This document shows, one piece after another, positions 35,198 to 35,954 of a stretch of DNA of 35,954 nucleotides (within the stretch, counting starts at the first letter, position 1; every line of letters begins with the position of its first letter). The DNA lies in the NCBI GenBank assembly GCA_032718475.1, contig JAUCBJ010002813.1, forward strand, positions 1 through 35,954. The letters run 5' to 3'. The position numbers and the translations under genes were made by a program. The DNA comes from Nemertoderma westbladi. Its lineage: Eukaryota > Animalia > Xenacoelomorpha. A model generated the notes under the pieces. It had not been told where the DNA came from and made no database searches. It saw nothing but the letters and a program-made list of their open reading frames with translations.

Positions 35198-35771
35198 TAC
35201 TCTCCTCCGATTCATCCTCATCACTCTCATTTCCATCATTATCACTCTCCTTATGCGAATGTTTCTGCATTTCATTCAATTGTCTAATTATTTTCTGCAA
35301 TTTATTTTTATTTCCTAATTCATGTCTTAATATCTCCTCATTATCTGAGTTATTCTCCTCCCCACTTTCATGTTCCTCGACTTCTTTCTCGCTCTCATTT
35401 TCTTCACCACCACTCTCATTTTCTTCTTTCTCTATCTCACTCTCCGTTTCATCATTCTCAACCTTTTCACTTTCCTCTGATTTATCATCTTCCTCACTCT
35501 CACCGTCCTTTTCACTATGTGGCTGTTTCTGTATATTTTTCAAAATATTCATGATTTTCTCGAATTTATGTTTCATCATTTGTTTAATCTCTAGAAAATC
35601 ACTCTCAACTCTCTTTTTGTTCTCTTCTTCACTAAAAATATCATCATTATTTTTTAATTTCTTTGGGGAAGGTTCCACTACACCTTCCTTTCTATGTATA
35701 CTCATATGGCGGGATATACTGTCTCGTCTCATTTCTTTATCACAAACCATGCATTTTTCATAACTAGGCAT
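35043..35771 (-). CDS. 242-aa protein with an N-terminal C2H2-like finger and acidic repeats, function unknown
   Basis: CMVCDKEMRRDSISRHMSIH, PSPKK, and two related helix+acidic blocks (QKQPHSEKD / QKHSHKESD). TATAATAG at 35919 and TCATT at 35889-85 upstream. AATAAA near 34800 downstream. Confidence 0.7.
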   Translation of the reverse strand: MPSYEKCMVCDKEMRRDSISRHMSIHRKEGVVEPSPKKLKNNDDIFSEEENKKRVESDFLEIKQMMKHKFEKIMNILKNIQKQPHSEKDGESEEDDKSEESEKVENDETESEIEKEENESGGEENESEKEVEEHESGEENNSDNEEILRHELGNKNKLQKIIRQLNEMQKHSHKESDNDGNESDEDESEESSDDSEEASEENDNENGQKIRVGNGKVISPVTVVLRPRSMNSRTVSARQCRR

Positions 35772-35954
35772 TATATAGCAATGTCAATTGATATTATTCA
35801 ATTTTCGTTAAATGATTTTACAAAATTTTAAATAAATAAAACTTTTATTAAAATAAATAAAACTTTTAAAAATGAAAATTAGAGAATGAATGGGAATGCA
35901 GTGAATGGGGGCTATTATAGAGGGAGGCTAGAATGGAGTTGTGAAAAAGAATAA

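Noticed and set aside
35029-35763. 244-aa Ser/Phe/Leu-rich plus-strand ORF
   Set aside because: Antisense shadow of the Glu/Lys-rich minus-strand ORF.

Overview
AT-rich eukaryotic (metazoan-looking) DNA with spliceosomal introns, in three parts. (1) 864-16774 is one complete 15.9-kb BEL/Pao LTR retrotransposon: 1.17-kb TG..CA LTRs, CCCCT target-site duplication (TSD), and gag-pol broken by 4 in-frame stops and 2 compensating frameshifts. It also has a decayed extra non-env ORF, twin covarying stem-loops in the 3' region, and no tRNA-type primer site. Instead the 11 nt after the LTR are complementary to an LTR-internal 11-mer. (2) 19595-24992 (minus) holds the last four exons of an ABCB7/ATM1-type mitochondrial ABC transporter. 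One acceptor site is amplified 12 times (30-bp unit) and one donor site 16 times (60-bp unit). (3) 25000-35954, possibly inside one large ABCB7 intron, holds an intronless divergent SLC6 transporter, Merlin derivatives, MITEs, a tRNA-SINE and a cassette of compact TATA+Inr genes. That cassette includes a 99-aa GTSF1/Asterix-like double-CHHC protein between ~105-bp direct repeats, a candidate piRNA-pathway mimic carried by a selfish element. All calls were made by eye; no searches were run.
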